Assembly (NCBI GenBank): GCA_945890895.1 | Contig: CAMDDG010000009.1 | Location: 306-64,305 of the forward strand | DNA: 64,000 nt | Source of the DNA: Chitinophaga pinensis | GTDB taxonomy: Bacteria > Bacteroidota > Bacteroidia > NS11-12g > UBA955 | Direction: 5' to 3' | Shown here: positions 37,243-47,492 of the stretch, piece after piece | Numbering within the stretch: the stretch's first letter is position 1 | Layout: each line of letters opens with the position of its first letter | Translations under genes and position numbers: made by a program | Notes under the pieces: generated by a model | What the model was told of the DNA's origin: nothing | Seen by the model: only the letters and a program-made list of their open reading frames with translations | Databases searched by the model: none

Positions 37243-39105
37243 GTGAAATTTTTAGAAAGAATTACATCGCTGAAACCTTTATATCAGCGTGTTTTAGTGG
37301 CGCTTGGATTAATTTGGAAACACAGTAGGATTCGAGTAATTTCTTCCACTCTATACATTATTTTGGGTGGAGCATTGACGTTATTGTCAGCCTATTATTT
37401 TAGAAAAGCACTACTTTCACTTAATGAAATTTCTCAATTTAAAAATTTCTGGGAAAGTGGGTCATTCAAGTATCTAGCCATAGCCAGTGCCGTTACTTTA
37501 TTTTCTGGTGTTTGGAGGCTTGTTTATGAATATTTTTCAGAAATTCATGGCTTTGCGTTTTCTACATTTATACAAGACAGTATCAACGAGAAAGTAATTA
37601 AACTTAAGATGTCCTTTTTGGAAAGTCCAGGATATCATAATCTTTTGGAGAGAGCTAAATTTACGGGTTCTTCTAAAATTGATGGAATATTTTTCTCTTT
37701 GGTAACTTTGATTAATTCGTTAATTTCTATACTGATTTTTTCAACATTCATTTACATGATCAGTTGGCAAATTGTTCTATTGATTATTGTATTCAATATT
37801 CCATTAATACTTACCAATTCACATTTCACCAAGAAGATGTTTGAGCTGCGTAAGGAACAAACTCCAATTGAAAGAAAGGCCAATTATTTCGGTGGAATAA
37901 TTATGGATATTTCCATAGCAAAAGAAATAAAAACCTTTCATATTGGTCACTATTTTCTCGACCGATTCAAAGTACTTCGCGATCAGTTGTTTCGCCAAAG
38001 AATGAAACTCGTTGTACGTGAGAAAAGGATGCGGATTTTTACATTGTTAACCACTAATGTGGTTTGGTTTATTGCCGTAATTGTCATCTTTAGATTAATC
38101 AGTAAGGGACTCATTCCTTTGGTGGATTTAACCTTCATGATGACGATGATTCTACAACTAATACAAAAAGGGAAAGAATTGAGTGGATCGATTAATGGTT
38201 TGTACCATTGTTCTTTGGAAGTTGCGTATGTATTGGATTTTTTTGAATTAAAAGATGAAATTGAGAGTGATCATGATGAGGAATTTCCTGATTTATTTCC
38301 TGCAACTGTTGAGGATCAAAGTATCGATTCAGATATTTCAGCTAAAGAGATTTTGGTTAAAAACGTATCTTTTGCATACAGCAATTCAAATACAAATTTT
38401 TCCTTAAAAAATGTGAGTTTGGTTATTCCTAAGGGTAAGATCGTTGCTTTGGTGGGTTTAAACGGAACAGGAAAAACCACTTTAATAAAATTATTGGCTC
38501 GAATGTATGAACCCACTTCGGGTGAAATATTTATTGGAGCTACCCCCATCAAGAATATCCCCCGAAAAAAATATCATAAACATATTTCCTTCATCTTTCA
38601 AGACTATGCTAAATACCATTTAACCATAGAAGAAAATATAGCCATTGGTGATTTAGAAAAGTATAAAAACGATAAGAATATCCAAAGATATGCTCAACAA
38701 TCTGGAGCTCATGGATTTATCGAAAAGTTGCCAGATAACTACACAAGTTTGTTGGGTAGAATGTTCGATGAAGGGATTGATATCAGTATAGGACAATGGC
38801 AGAAAGTGGCTATTGCTCGTTCCTTGTATAAGGATACGTCTTTTATAGTAATGGATGAGCCTACAAGCGCCATGGATGCGGTTGCAGAGAAAACGTTCTT
38901 TCAAGAATTTAAGAGTGCTATCGGTGAGCGAGGTGCTTTATTGGTTAGCCATAGAATGTCTGCGGTGCAATATGCAGATTATATTTATGTTTTGAATGAA
39001 GGTGAGTTAGAAGAAGAAGGTACTCACAGCAGCTTATTGGAAAAACAAGGGCTTTATTATTGGATTTTCAAGAGTGGCGAGAAGTTAGGGAATTTGGATA
39101 GGTAA
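37243..39105 (+). CDS. ABC exporter, fused permease + ATPase (type I exporter fold)
   Basis: 620 aa with about six N-terminal TM helices. Walker A is GLNGTGKTT, the signature variant is ISIGQWQKVAIARSL and Walker B is FIVMDEPTSAMD. The start is GTG. There is no C39 peptidase domain. Confidence 0.85.
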   Translation: MKFLERITSLKPLYQRVLVALGLIWKHSRIRVISSTLYIILGGALTLLSAYYFRKALLSLNEISQFKNFWESGSFKYLAIASAVTLFSGVWRLVYEYFSEIHGFAFSTFIQDSINEKVIKLKMSFLESPGYHNLLERAKFTGSSKIDGIFFSLVTLINSLISILIFSTFIYMISWQIVLLIIVFNIPLILTNSHFTKKMFELRKEQTPIERKANYFGGIIMDISIAKEIKTFHIGHYFLDRFKVLRDQLFRQRMKLVVREKRMRIFTLLTTNVVWFIAVIVIFRLISKGLIPLVDLTFMMTMILQLIQKGKELSGSINGLYHCSLEVAYVLDFFELKDEIESDHDEEFPDLFPATVEDQSIDSDISAKEILVKNVSFAYSNSNTNFSLKNVSLVIPKGKIVALVGLNGTGKTTLIKLLARMYEPTSGEIFIGATPIKNIPRKKYHKHISFIFQDYAKYHLTIEENIAIGDLEKYKNDKNIQRYAQQSGAHGFIEKLPDNYTSLLGRMFDEGIDISIGQWQKVAIARSLYKDTSFIVMDEPTSAMDAVAEKTFFQEFKSAIGERGALLVSHRMSAVQYADYIYVLNEGELEEEGTHSSLLEKQGLYYWIFKSGEKLGNLDR

Positions 39106-39114
39106 TTGAATCAA

Positions 39115-40101
39115 ATGTCGAACAAAAATTATCCATTAGTTTCCGTAATCATTCCCACATTCAATAGAGGGTTTGTTGTTTTCAAAAGTATTGAGTCGGT
39201 ACTTAATCAAAGCTATAAAAACATTCAGTGTATTGTAGTTGATGATGGTTCGACCGATGATACTGTAATAAAAATTCAGCCCTATTTGGATCGAATTGAA
39301 TATTATTATCAACCCAATCAGGGACAAGGATCCGCCAGAAATTTAGGATTAAGCTATGCTAAGGGAGAGTTTATTGCTACATTGGATTCCGATGACGAAT
39401 GGTTTCCAGACTTTATTTCCAACCATTTAGAGCAGATGTTAAAGCATGATTTGACACTTACTTTTTCGAACTACGATGTGAATAATTCGGAGCACGGAAG
39501 GATGAGTCAAATACAAAGAATGAAGCCGTATTTGGATCCCAATAATATAAATCAATGGCATATCATTGAGGGTGGAGTTTTTCGCGATTTGATTTTGCCC
39601 GGTGTAATAATACCTTCTTCTGGTGTTTTAAAAAGACGTTCAGCCCTTGCCTATGGCTGGGACACACAAGTTAAAATAGCAGATGATTGGATGTTGCAGT
39701 TGGAAATAGCGATGATTCAACCCATTAAAGCTGGTTTCACATTTGAAAAGAACTGGAAAAAAGGTCATTTTGGGGATAATATTTCTTTGTCTGACTTATC
39801 AGAAAGTAAACGATTAGGGAAACATTTCAGAGATGTTTATTCTGATCTTTTGTATGTGATTAAAGTGTTTGGAGGACGGTTGAATGGTAGTGAAAAATCG
39901 CTATTGAAAAGGAAATTGGTCAACTTTAAATTGGAATGGTTGATATGGAGAATTAAAAAAAGAAAACCCCTATTATTTGGATTTCCCGAATTTTACTCAC
40001 AGCTTTCCGTAGCTGCAGTTTGTTACTTATTCTATGTTTTAATTCGTAGATTTTTTCAAATTATTTTAAAAAAGAGAATCAAATTAAAAGTTTCAAAATG
40101 A
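39115..40101 (+). CDS. family 2 glycosyltransferase (copy a)
   Basis: VSVIIPTFNRGFVVFKSIESVLNQSYKNIQCIVVDDGSTDDT and LDSDDEW are present. It is a close paralog of 43959-44960. Confidence 0.85.
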   Translation: MSNKNYPLVSVIIPTFNRGFVVFKSIESVLNQSYKNIQCIVVDDGSTDDTVIKIQPYLDRIEYYYQPNQGQGSARNLGLSYAKGEFIATLDSDDEWFPDFISNHLEQMLKHDLTLTFSNYDVNNSEHGRMSQIQRMKPYLDPNNINQWHIIEGGVFRDLILPGVIIPSSGVLKRRSALAYGWDTQVKIADDWMLQLEIAMIQPIKAGFTFEKNWKKGHFGDNISLSDLSESKRLGKHFRDVYSDLLYVIKVFGGRLNGSEKSLLKRKLVNFKLEWLIWRIKKRKPLLFGFPEFYSQLSVAAVCYLFYVLIRRFFQIILKKRIKLKVSK

Positions 40102-41333
40102 AAATTTGGCGGCTAATTATTTTGTGTTTTTTGTTTGTATCTAGTGGATCTTACTCACAGAGTTTTGTCTTTGGGGAAAAGAAGTACATTTCAAATCCCG
40201 GAATATCTATATTTCCGTATTTCCCGGATGGTCATATTTCGTATGGTAAATTGGATGAGAATCGTTTCTATAAAATATGGGCGGGATCAACTTCATACAT
40301 AACGGTTGGAAACTCCTATTTTAACCAAGATTCAATTTGGGGTCAAGGATTGAAAAGGGGGGATTCTGCCGATTTTGATAATGGTGGAGCTTGGTTGTAT
40401 TCCGTATTTATCTTGGATTCCAATTATTGGTTGGGTTTTTACCATGCAGAAGACCACTTATTTCCAGGATTTGCGAATCGTGAACAAATTGCCTGGAAAT
40501 CGATAGCGCAGTGCGTTAGTTTTGACCGGGGTCGAACATGGGAAAAGCGTGGCCAAATTATTACAACTGATCAAATTAAACCCAACAAACCTACTTGGGG
40601 TGGCCATGCCGATTTTACAGTAGTCAGAGACAGTCAGAATAAGCGTTGGATTGCATATTTTGTGGTTCCAGAAGGATTGGGTATGGCTATTTCGGAGGAT
40701 TCTTTTGCTCGAGCTGGGACATGGAAAAAACACTACAACGGATCGTTTACAGAACCGGGTATTGGAGGGATGGCAAGTGCTTTAAATTTTTCAAAGGATT
40801 TTAGAAGGGGAGGAAACCCCTCTATCATTTACTCAAAAAAGAGGAATAAATGGATTATGGTTTACCATGATTGGAATTTGCGGGGTATATATCTTACTAC
40901 ATCCATGGATTTAATGAATTGGGATTTTCCCATTTTATTGGTGGAGAACAATTCTTCAATAGGTAAAATTTGGTACCCCAATTTGGTTGGTGAAAACAGT
41001 GATATGCATTCGGATTCAATTTTATGGCTATCCTATGCGGAGTTTCCGAATAATGCAAAACCGGAAAGAAAGTACATTACTCGTAAGTTGATTTATGTTG
41101 ATGAAAATTCCAAAAATCAAGTATTTGTAAATCGAATGTTGCTTGTAGACTCATCTATAGTCACTATTAAAATTTACAGTTCTAACGGTCTTTTGACGGA
41201 AACTTGGTACGACAAAATTCACCTCGGTCCTGGTGAATATGATTTCCCTTGGAAGGAGTTTAAGAGAACGGGAGTTTTTATTTTAAGTACAGAGATTAAT
41301 CAAGAAAAGAAAACCTTTAAAGTAGTACGGTAA
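40098..41333 (+). CDS. secreted protein with a BNR/Asp-box, probably a beta-propeller, possibly T9SS-sorted
   Basis: The signal peptide is MKIWRLIILCFLFVSSGSYSQ and the Asp-box is SFDRGRTW. The C-terminal approximately 60 aa (VTIKIYSSNG...GVFILSTEINQEKKTFKVVR) resemble a T9SS sorting domain. Confidence 0.55.
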   Translation: MKIWRLIILCFLFVSSGSYSQSFVFGEKKYISNPGISIFPYFPDGHISYGKLDENRFYKIWAGSTSYITVGNSYFNQDSIWGQGLKRGDSADFDNGGAWLYSVFILDSNYWLGFYHAEDHLFPGFANREQIAWKSIAQCVSFDRGRTWEKRGQIITTDQIKPNKPTWGGHADFTVVRDSQNKRWIAYFVVPEGLGMAISEDSFARAGTWKKHYNGSFTEPGIGGMASALNFSKDFRRGGNPSIIYSKKRNKWIMVYHDWNLRGIYLTTSMDLMNWDFPILLVENNSSIGKIWYPNLVGENSDMHSDSILWLSYAEFPNNAKPERKYITRKLIYVDENSKNQVFVNRMLLVDSSIVTIKIYSSNGLLTETWYDKIHLGPGEYDFPWKEFKRTGVFILSTEINQEKKTFKVVR

Positions 41334-41410
41334 TTGATTAAAATGGACAACACACATAAACCCAGTTATAAAATTTACGTTCATAAGTTTCATCCGTTAA
41401 CAAATAGAGT

Positions 41411-42607
41411 ATGATTACGGATTTTCCCAATTTAGAATCAATTGAAAATCCACCTTCCAAAAAAAGGATTTTTATTGTCACTTCAATTTTTGAAGATTTT
41501 GGAGGCTCAGAAACGATTTGGTACGATTTAGTGAAACAGTTGTCACTTGAAAAATATCAATTATTTTTTTTAAAATCCAATATCAATCGAAGGCACTCAG
41601 TTTTCAAGGAACTCTCTAATCGGGGAGTACTATTAGTGGAATTAGAACCCAATTTAGGTTACAAGGATGGTCAAAAAATCAAGTCAAAACTCAACCATAA
41701 GGCAGCTAATTTTTGCATCCATATTGAAGTGTACAAACCGGATTTAGTAATTATCAACCAAGGAATTAACTTTGATGGTTTGGATGTTGCTCGTTTTTGT
41801 ATTGAACAGAATTTTAAATACATAACGATTTCAAACAAAGCAGTAAATTTCTTTTGGCCTTACCCCGAAAGTCGAAATGATTTCAAAGAGTATTTTATCA
41901 AATCTCAAGCTAATTATTTTGTTTCTAATCACAATTATCAACTAACGTGTGAGCAATTTGGAATGAAAATTCCCCATTTTCAAAGAGCTATCTATCCAGT
42001 ACAAAAACATAAGGAAATTAAACCCATGCCAACATTGAACAATGGGGTGAAATTTGCATTGGTGGGTCGATTGTTTTTAATGGACAAGGGTCATGATATG
42101 TTGTTTCGAATTTTGAATAAACCCGTTTGGAGAAATAGGAATTTCAAGGTATCCATCATTGGTGCTGGTTCCGATGAAGTAGCATTAAAAGAATTTGTTC
42201 GATATTTAGCCTTGGATTCCGTTGAGTTCTTGGGATATAAGAGTAATCAAACCCTTTGGGATGATTTTCATGGACTGCTTTTGCCCTCCAGAAGCGAGGG
42301 ATTTCCTTTGGTGGTGCAAGAGGCCATGGCGGCTGGACGTATTGTGGTTACCACGTATTCAGGTGGCAGTGATGAAATTATTATCGATGGTAAGAATGGA
42401 TTTATAAGTGAAATAGACCAAGACGAATTTGAATTTGCCATGGAACGTTGTTGGGCGGCGCAAAAAAACTGGATAGAAATTGCCCAAAATGCATACTCCT
42501 CAATAAATAATTTCTTACCAGATAATCCAACTGAAAACATCCTAACTCAAATTGAAGAACTCACTTTTGGATCTAAAAATATTCCAGAAAGCACACTATT
42601 GAAGTAA
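41411..42607 (+). CDS. GT4 (Glycos_transf_1) glycosyltransferase (copy a)
   Basis: LLLPSRSEGFPLVVQEAMAAGRIVVTTYSGGSDEIIIDGKNGFI is the EX7E region. It is a paralog of 42839-43969. Confidence 0.85.
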   Translation: MITDFPNLESIENPPSKKRIFIVTSIFEDFGGSETIWYDLVKQLSLEKYQLFFLKSNINRRHSVFKELSNRGVLLVELEPNLGYKDGQKIKSKLNHKAANFCIHIEVYKPDLVIINQGINFDGLDVARFCIEQNFKYITISNKAVNFFWPYPESRNDFKEYFIKSQANYFVSNHNYQLTCEQFGMKIPHFQRAIYPVQKHKEIKPMPTLNNGVKFALVGRLFLMDKGHDMLFRILNKPVWRNRNFKVSIIGAGSDEVALKEFVRYLALDSVEFLGYKSNQTLWDDFHGLLLPSRSEGFPLVVQEAMAAGRIVVTTYSGGSDEIIIDGKNGFISEIDQDEFEFAMERCWAAQKNWIEIAQNAYSSINNFLPDNPTENILTQIEELTFGSKNIPESTLLK

Positions 42608-42838
42608 TTAAATTTCGTACAATTTGAAATGCAAATAACGATGGTATTGATATGCAATTAAATTCTACGAGGATTAAATAATTGGCGTAGCCATTCAACT
42701 TTGGCGTCGCGATTAAATGAAATGTTACATTTTGTTATACATACAATAACCCAGAGAATCCTTTCTTTTGCATTACTCAAACAGGTGGAACATTAAGGCA
42801 TCCAATGAAATCAAATCAATCATCTAGTTAAAAGAACA

Positions 42839-43969
42839 GTGGTACAAGTGAAACGAAGAATTTTTATCTTTTCGAGTATTGAAGACGATTTTGGTGGATC
42901 CGAAATTTTGTGGTTTGATTTAGCCAAAAATTACTTGAGAAATCAGTATCAAGTATTTGTGTTGAAGCGGAAAGTGAATCGGTCTCATTCATTTATTCAA
43001 GAACTTCAAAAACTGGATATTCATATAATCGAATTGTCACCAGATTTGGGCAAAGATGAATTTGGTGATCGCATAATGAACGATCTAAATAGTGCTATTA
43101 AAAACTTTTGTATTCATTTGAGAGTGTATGATCCCGATTTGGTTATAGTTAACCAAGGGGTGAATTTCGATGGTTTGGAGTTTGCAAATAGTTGTAGAGA
43201 TCTGGATTATCCGTATTTCATAATTTCCCATAAAGCAATAGAAATTTTATGGCCTTATGAAGGAGATCGTGAAGTATATTCTAAAGTTTGGCAGAAATCT
43301 CGAGCTAATTTCTTTGTTTCTGATATCAATCATGAACATACCTCGGAACAATTTGGATTTACCATCCCACGCGCGCAACGCGCCTATAATCCCATAAAAA
43401 GATACAGCGAAATTCAACAATTGCCTGATTTCAGTGTTATTCGTTTTGCCTGTATCGGGCGGTTGTATCTGTTTGATAAAGGACAAGATATGTTGTTGAG
43501 AATTCTATCCAAATCCATTTGGCGCGAAAGAAATTTCAAAGTATTTATAGTTGGAACGGGTCCAGATGAAATAGCCCTTAAAGAGTTAGCGCAATATTAT
43601 GAACTTGAAAATGTAGAATTCTTAGGTCATTTGAATAACGAAACCATTTGGGATAATTTCCACGGATTGTTGCTGCCTTCGAGAAATGAAGGGTTTCCAT
43701 TGGTGGTGCAAGAAGCTATGGCGGCTTCTCGAATTGTGGTTGCAACCACAGCCGGTGGAAGTCAAGAAATCATCGAGGATGGTAAAAACGGATTCATCAG
43801 TAAGTGTTTTCAAAATGATTTTGAGTCAGCAATGGAACGGTGTTGGAAAAGTCAAAAGGATTGGCATCAAATTGCCCAAAATGCGTTTCAAACAATTGAC
43901 CATTATTTACCTTCTCAACCCAATTCCAATATTCTTGAATTAATCTCCCAGATCTTGAATGAAAAATAA
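42839..43969 (+). CDS. GT4 (Glycos_transf_1) glycosyltransferase (copy b)
   Basis: LLLPSRNEGFPLVVQEAMAASRIVVATTAGGSQEIIEDGKNGFI is present. It is collinear with copy a over the full length, with roughly half the residues identical by eye. The start is GTG. Confidence 0.85.
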   Translation: MVQVKRRIFIFSSIEDDFGGSEILWFDLAKNYLRNQYQVFVLKRKVNRSHSFIQELQKLDIHIIELSPDLGKDEFGDRIMNDLNSAIKNFCIHLRVYDPDLVIVNQGVNFDGLEFANSCRDLDYPYFIISHKAIEILWPYEGDREVYSKVWQKSRANFFVSDINHEHTSEQFGFTIPRAQRAYNPIKRYSEIQQLPDFSVIRFACIGRLYLFDKGQDMLLRILSKSIWRERNFKVFIVGTGPDEIALKELAQYYELENVEFLGHLNNETIWDNFHGLLLPSRNEGFPLVVQEAMAASRIVVATTAGGSQEIIEDGKNGFISKCFQNDFESAMERCWKSQKDWHQIAQNAFQTIDHYLPSQPNSNILELISQILNEK

Positions 43970-44960
43970 TCCTTTAATAACGGTAATCATCCCCACTTAC
44001 AACAGAGCTTATGTTTTGCCTATGGCAATCAATTCGGTGCTGGCTCAAGACTATGACAACGTGCAGTTGATTATTGCTGATGACGGTTCTAAAGACAATA
44101 CCCGTGAGATAGTTGAATCCTTTCATAATCCTAAAATTGAGTATTATTTTCAGGAAAATCAAGGGCAAGGAGCAGCAAGAAACTTGGGATTGCAGCACGC
44201 TCGAGGTGAATTCATTGCCACTTTAGATTCTGATGATTTATGGTATCCAACATTTTTGAGCGAGCAAATTAACGAGCTCATCGCTCATGATTTGGATTTC
44301 ACATTTGTAAATTATTGGCACGAACAAAAAGGATCTGATTTGATTTCTCAGCTTAATCATCATTCGGTTACCATGCACTATTTTGATGAGAATAATCCAC
44401 ACAAATGGATCCATTTAGACAATGTTGCTGCCCGTAAAATGTTCGTAACCGCTTGCGCATGTCCAAGCTCTGGTTTAGTAATTAGAAAGGAGTCAATGAA
44501 GGGGACCTGGAACAGCAAAATGAAAATTGCCGATGATTGGAATTTGCAGTTAGATATTTTATTAAACAAAGAATGTAAAGTAGCTTTCAATTTTAAGCAA
44601 CTTTGGTTTAAGCGAATCGACATGAATAATGTTTACGATTCGCGTCCTGCGGATCAAGTATTCTATTTGTTTGGTGTGTTGGATTATATTCATATCATTC
44701 GATTATATCGAGGAAAGTTGACCAAGAAGGAGAAGAATGTTCTCATTCATAGACATCTTAGATATTTGAATTCACTGTTATTTGTGCATCTTCAAAGGAG
44801 AAATCCGGTGGGTGTGACAAAGTTTGTTTGGATTGGGTTGAAGCATTGGCCACATAAATTCGTGCCCATGTTTACCCGTATGTTAGCATCATCCGGGAAG
44901 CGAATGGTTAAGCAGAGGTTAAATTCTAAAAAGCAGAAATCCCAATTATCTTTAAGTTAA
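43959..44960 (+). CDS. family 2 glycosyltransferase (copy b)
   Basis: ITVIIPTYNRAYVLPMAINSVLAQDYDNVQLIIADDGSKDNT and LDSDDLW are present. It overlaps the GT4b stop by 11 nt. Confidence 0.85.
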   Translation: MKNNPLITVIIPTYNRAYVLPMAINSVLAQDYDNVQLIIADDGSKDNTREIVESFHNPKIEYYFQENQGQGAARNLGLQHARGEFIATLDSDDLWYPTFLSEQINELIAHDLDFTFVNYWHEQKGSDLISQLNHHSVTMHYFDENNPHKWIHLDNVAARKMFVTACACPSSGLVIRKESMKGTWNSKMKIADDWNLQLDILLNKECKVAFNFKQLWFKRIDMNNVYDSRPADQVFYLFGVLDYIHIIRLYRGKLTKKEKNVLIHRHLRYLNSLLFVHLQRRNPVGVTKFVWIGLKHWPHKFVPMFTRMLASSGKRMVKQRLNSKKQKSQLSLS

Positions 44961-44965
44961 ACATA

Positions 44966-46009
44966 ATGAATGGATTGTTAAAAATTGCGCGATTTTCAAG
45001 TTGGTGGTATTATAAAATACCGCTTTTTGTTGTTGTGCTTTTTATAACGCACGTTGGTGAAGCCAAATTTTCAGATTTGAGTATAGGGTCTGTTTTTAAA
45101 GCGCTGTTTCTCATGGTAGTTGGTGCAACGTTTGTTTCCATTTTGAATGATTTTACCGACAGAGAAGTTGATTTAATGGCCAACAAGAACAATAATTTTA
45201 GTCGGTTCAGTTCAACTCAATCCGCCCTCATTATGGCCATTACTTTGGGTGTATGTGCCTTGATGCCATGGATACTTCGGTTAAATGTAAATGCCTTTTG
45301 GACGTATTTTTCGGCCATTACGTCGTATATTTTATATTCAGTGAAGCCCTTGAGATTTAAAGATCGAGGATTTTGGGGGATGGTTTTTGATTCGTTGGGT
45401 TCCGTTGTTTTTCCAATGGGGAGTTTCTTATTTACGTCCATTCCAAATTGGTCGGAAAGCATATCATTAGTTACTCAAATTATCCTGTTTTTATGGTTGT
45501 TTTTTTTGGCAATGCGTTCCATTTTGGTTCACCAAGTTGAAGATAAGTTGAACGACATGAATTCTGGTACGAATACGTTTGTAACTCGATTCTCCGAGAA
45601 AATGGTGAATCGTATTGGCCTTTTCATGTTCGTTTTTGAGATAGCCTCATTCTTAGGGTTGTGCTTCACATTGAAATTGTATGCTAGCCCGTGGTTTGTA
45701 TTTTTCTTTTTGTTCTATTTGGGGACACAATGGTTGTTTAAGCGAATTATTTGGATGAAATTTTCTCTTTTCGGTAAAATGAATGAAAGTTCCATAGTTT
45801 TCATGTATGATTATTACTATTCTTACTTGTTGATGGGCTTGATTTTTATGATGGGTATTCCCTTGATTTGGAAATTCGGGTTATTGGTTGCAATAGTTAT
45901 TCTGTTTCCCGTGTATTTCAAGCAGCAATTTAATTGTTTAAAAACATTGTTTTTGCGTTTAACAGTATACCGACATAAAGAACATATACCGCCTTCCGAA
46001 CCCGAATAA
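44966..46009 (+). CDS. UbiA-superfamily membrane prenyltransferase
   Basis: Polytopic 347-aa protein. The first Asp-rich motif is NDFTDREVD (NDxxDxxxD) and the second is DKLND (DxxxD). Confidence 0.75.
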   Translation: MNGLLKIARFSSWWYYKIPLFVVVLFITHVGEAKFSDLSIGSVFKALFLMVVGATFVSILNDFTDREVDLMANKNNNFSRFSSTQSALIMAITLGVCALMPWILRLNVNAFWTYFSAITSYILYSVKPLRFKDRGFWGMVFDSLGSVVFPMGSFLFTSIPNWSESISLVTQIILFLWLFFLAMRSILVHQVEDKLNDMNSGTNTFVTRFSEKMVNRIGLFMFVFEIASFLGLCFTLKLYASPWFVFFFLFYLGTQWLFKRIIWMKFSLFGKMNESSIVFMYDYYYSYLLMGLIFMMGIPLIWKFGLLVAIVILFPVYFKQQFNCLKTLFLRLTVYRHKEHIPPSEPE

Positions 46010-46040
46010 AAAAGTTAGAACGTTTCACTAGATATAGATA

Positions 46041-47129
46041 ATGGGTATAGATTTAGCTGTCAAAAAAGCACTCCAATTTATTAAATCTGAGCAACAGGAA
46101 TCCGGGATTTTTTTTTCCGTTGCTGGAGAGTCTTTGAATTGTACCAATGAACTTTTAGAGGATTTCAGTGATGGCGAATCGAAAGCTTGGACCTACTTGG
46201 ATCAATATTCTGTATTTCCAACCTTATTAATAGGAAATGCTTTAAAACATATAAAGTCGGGCAATGAGTCTGAAGTAGTGCTAAGTCGAATTGATGATTT
46301 TCTCCTGCGGGAGCGTCATAAGTTATTTTGGGTTTGGAATCATTTTGTTCCGAATCATCGATTGTATAAAATGAATCCCTATGACATCGATTCTACCGTG
46401 GTAGCTTTGGATTATTTACAGGATCGTGGGAAACTTCCCCCAAAATCTAAGCAAAGAGCCTTGAATTTACTAATGGATCAAATCAATGAACATGGATTGT
46501 TTTTTACGTTTTATACGTTCAGGGGAAGTCTGAATTGTTCATGTAGGAGTTGGATTTTGTTTTTGAGGGAATTGAGAGCGCCGTTATCTACAAGAGTTTT
46601 TTGGAAAATAGTGGAAGCGGATAGAAGGGATGTAGATGGTGTGGTGAATATCAATGTTCTCCACTATTTAGGGAGATTTGCGGGCAGCGACAAAGTGATT
46701 AAATATTTGCGACAGAAGTTGATGGAAGGAAACGAATTGCAATTTGACAAGTGGTATAAAACGACTTCAGTGGTTTACTATTTTGGTAGTCGTTTGAACC
46801 ATCAAAAATACGCAGAATTGGAAGTCGTGTTTTTACGCTGGAAAGAGGAGTTAATACGAATGGTTCGATCTCAAGAGTTGAGTCAATTGCACGATTTGGA
46901 TTTAGCGTTGATGGCAGTGTCCATGATTAATTTGGATTTGGATCAGAAGTATGTATCGCCATGCATAGAGCGATTGTTGGAAGTTCAACAGAGTACCGGA
47001 AACTGGAAAAAGAAGGCCTTCTATTTTGGAGGACCAAAAAAAATCATGGGGTGGGGTTCTGACGCCTTAACTACAGCAGTTTGTATTGAGGCATTAACTA
47101 AGTATGGAAATAAATTTGGAATAAATTAA
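46041..47129 (+). CDS. prenyltransferase/squalene-oxidase (QW) repeat protein, alpha/alpha-toroid fold
   Basis: 362 aa. QW-type motifs are EQQESGIF near the N-terminus and QQSTGNW near the C-terminus. Confidence 0.5.
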   Translation: MGIDLAVKKALQFIKSEQQESGIFFSVAGESLNCTNELLEDFSDGESKAWTYLDQYSVFPTLLIGNALKHIKSGNESEVVLSRIDDFLLRERHKLFWVWNHFVPNHRLYKMNPYDIDSTVVALDYLQDRGKLPPKSKQRALNLLMDQINEHGLFFTFYTFRGSLNCSCRSWILFLRELRAPLSTRVFWKIVEADRRDVDGVVNINVLHYLGRFAGSDKVIKYLRQKLMEGNELQFDKWYKTTSVVYYFGSRLNHQKYAELEVVFLRWKEELIRMVRSQELSQLHDLDLALMAVSMINLDLDQKYVSPCIERLLEVQQSTGNWKKKAFYFGGPKKIMGWGSDALTTAVCIEALTKYGNKFGIN

Positions 47130-47156
47130 CTATTCAAATACACAGATTCTGATAAT

Positions 47157-47492
47157 ATGTACAGCTACTTTATTAATTCTTACCTTGGTTTTATCGTTTA
47201 TTTTATCGTTCTCCCTTTATTATTAATTAAATGGTTTTCGTTTATAAGTTCCATAAAAACTGGACAAATTATCTGGTTTTTTCTAGGACTTTTATTTATC
47301 CTATTTCTAAATGATTATAAATTGGACTATGCTTATGCGTTTAAGCCAATCGCATTTATAATTGTTTGGAGGTTTATAAAGTCAAAGGGAAAATCAGAAA
47401 ATCCAACATCCATTTCCATAGCTAGCAATTTTTTTGGATTTGGACAATTGATTGGTTTAATTGCCGTTGTATTTCTACTGGCTTTTAACTGA
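47157..47492 (+). CDS. small integral membrane protein
   Basis: 111 aa with three hydrophobic helices. Its end overlaps the convergent 47485 gene by 8 nt. Confidence 0.5.
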   Translation: MYSYFINSYLGFIVYFIVLPLLLIKWFSFISSIKTGQIIWFFLGLLFILFLNDYKLDYAYAFKPIAFIIVWRFIKSKGKSENPTSISIASNFFGFGQLIGLIAVVFLLAFN

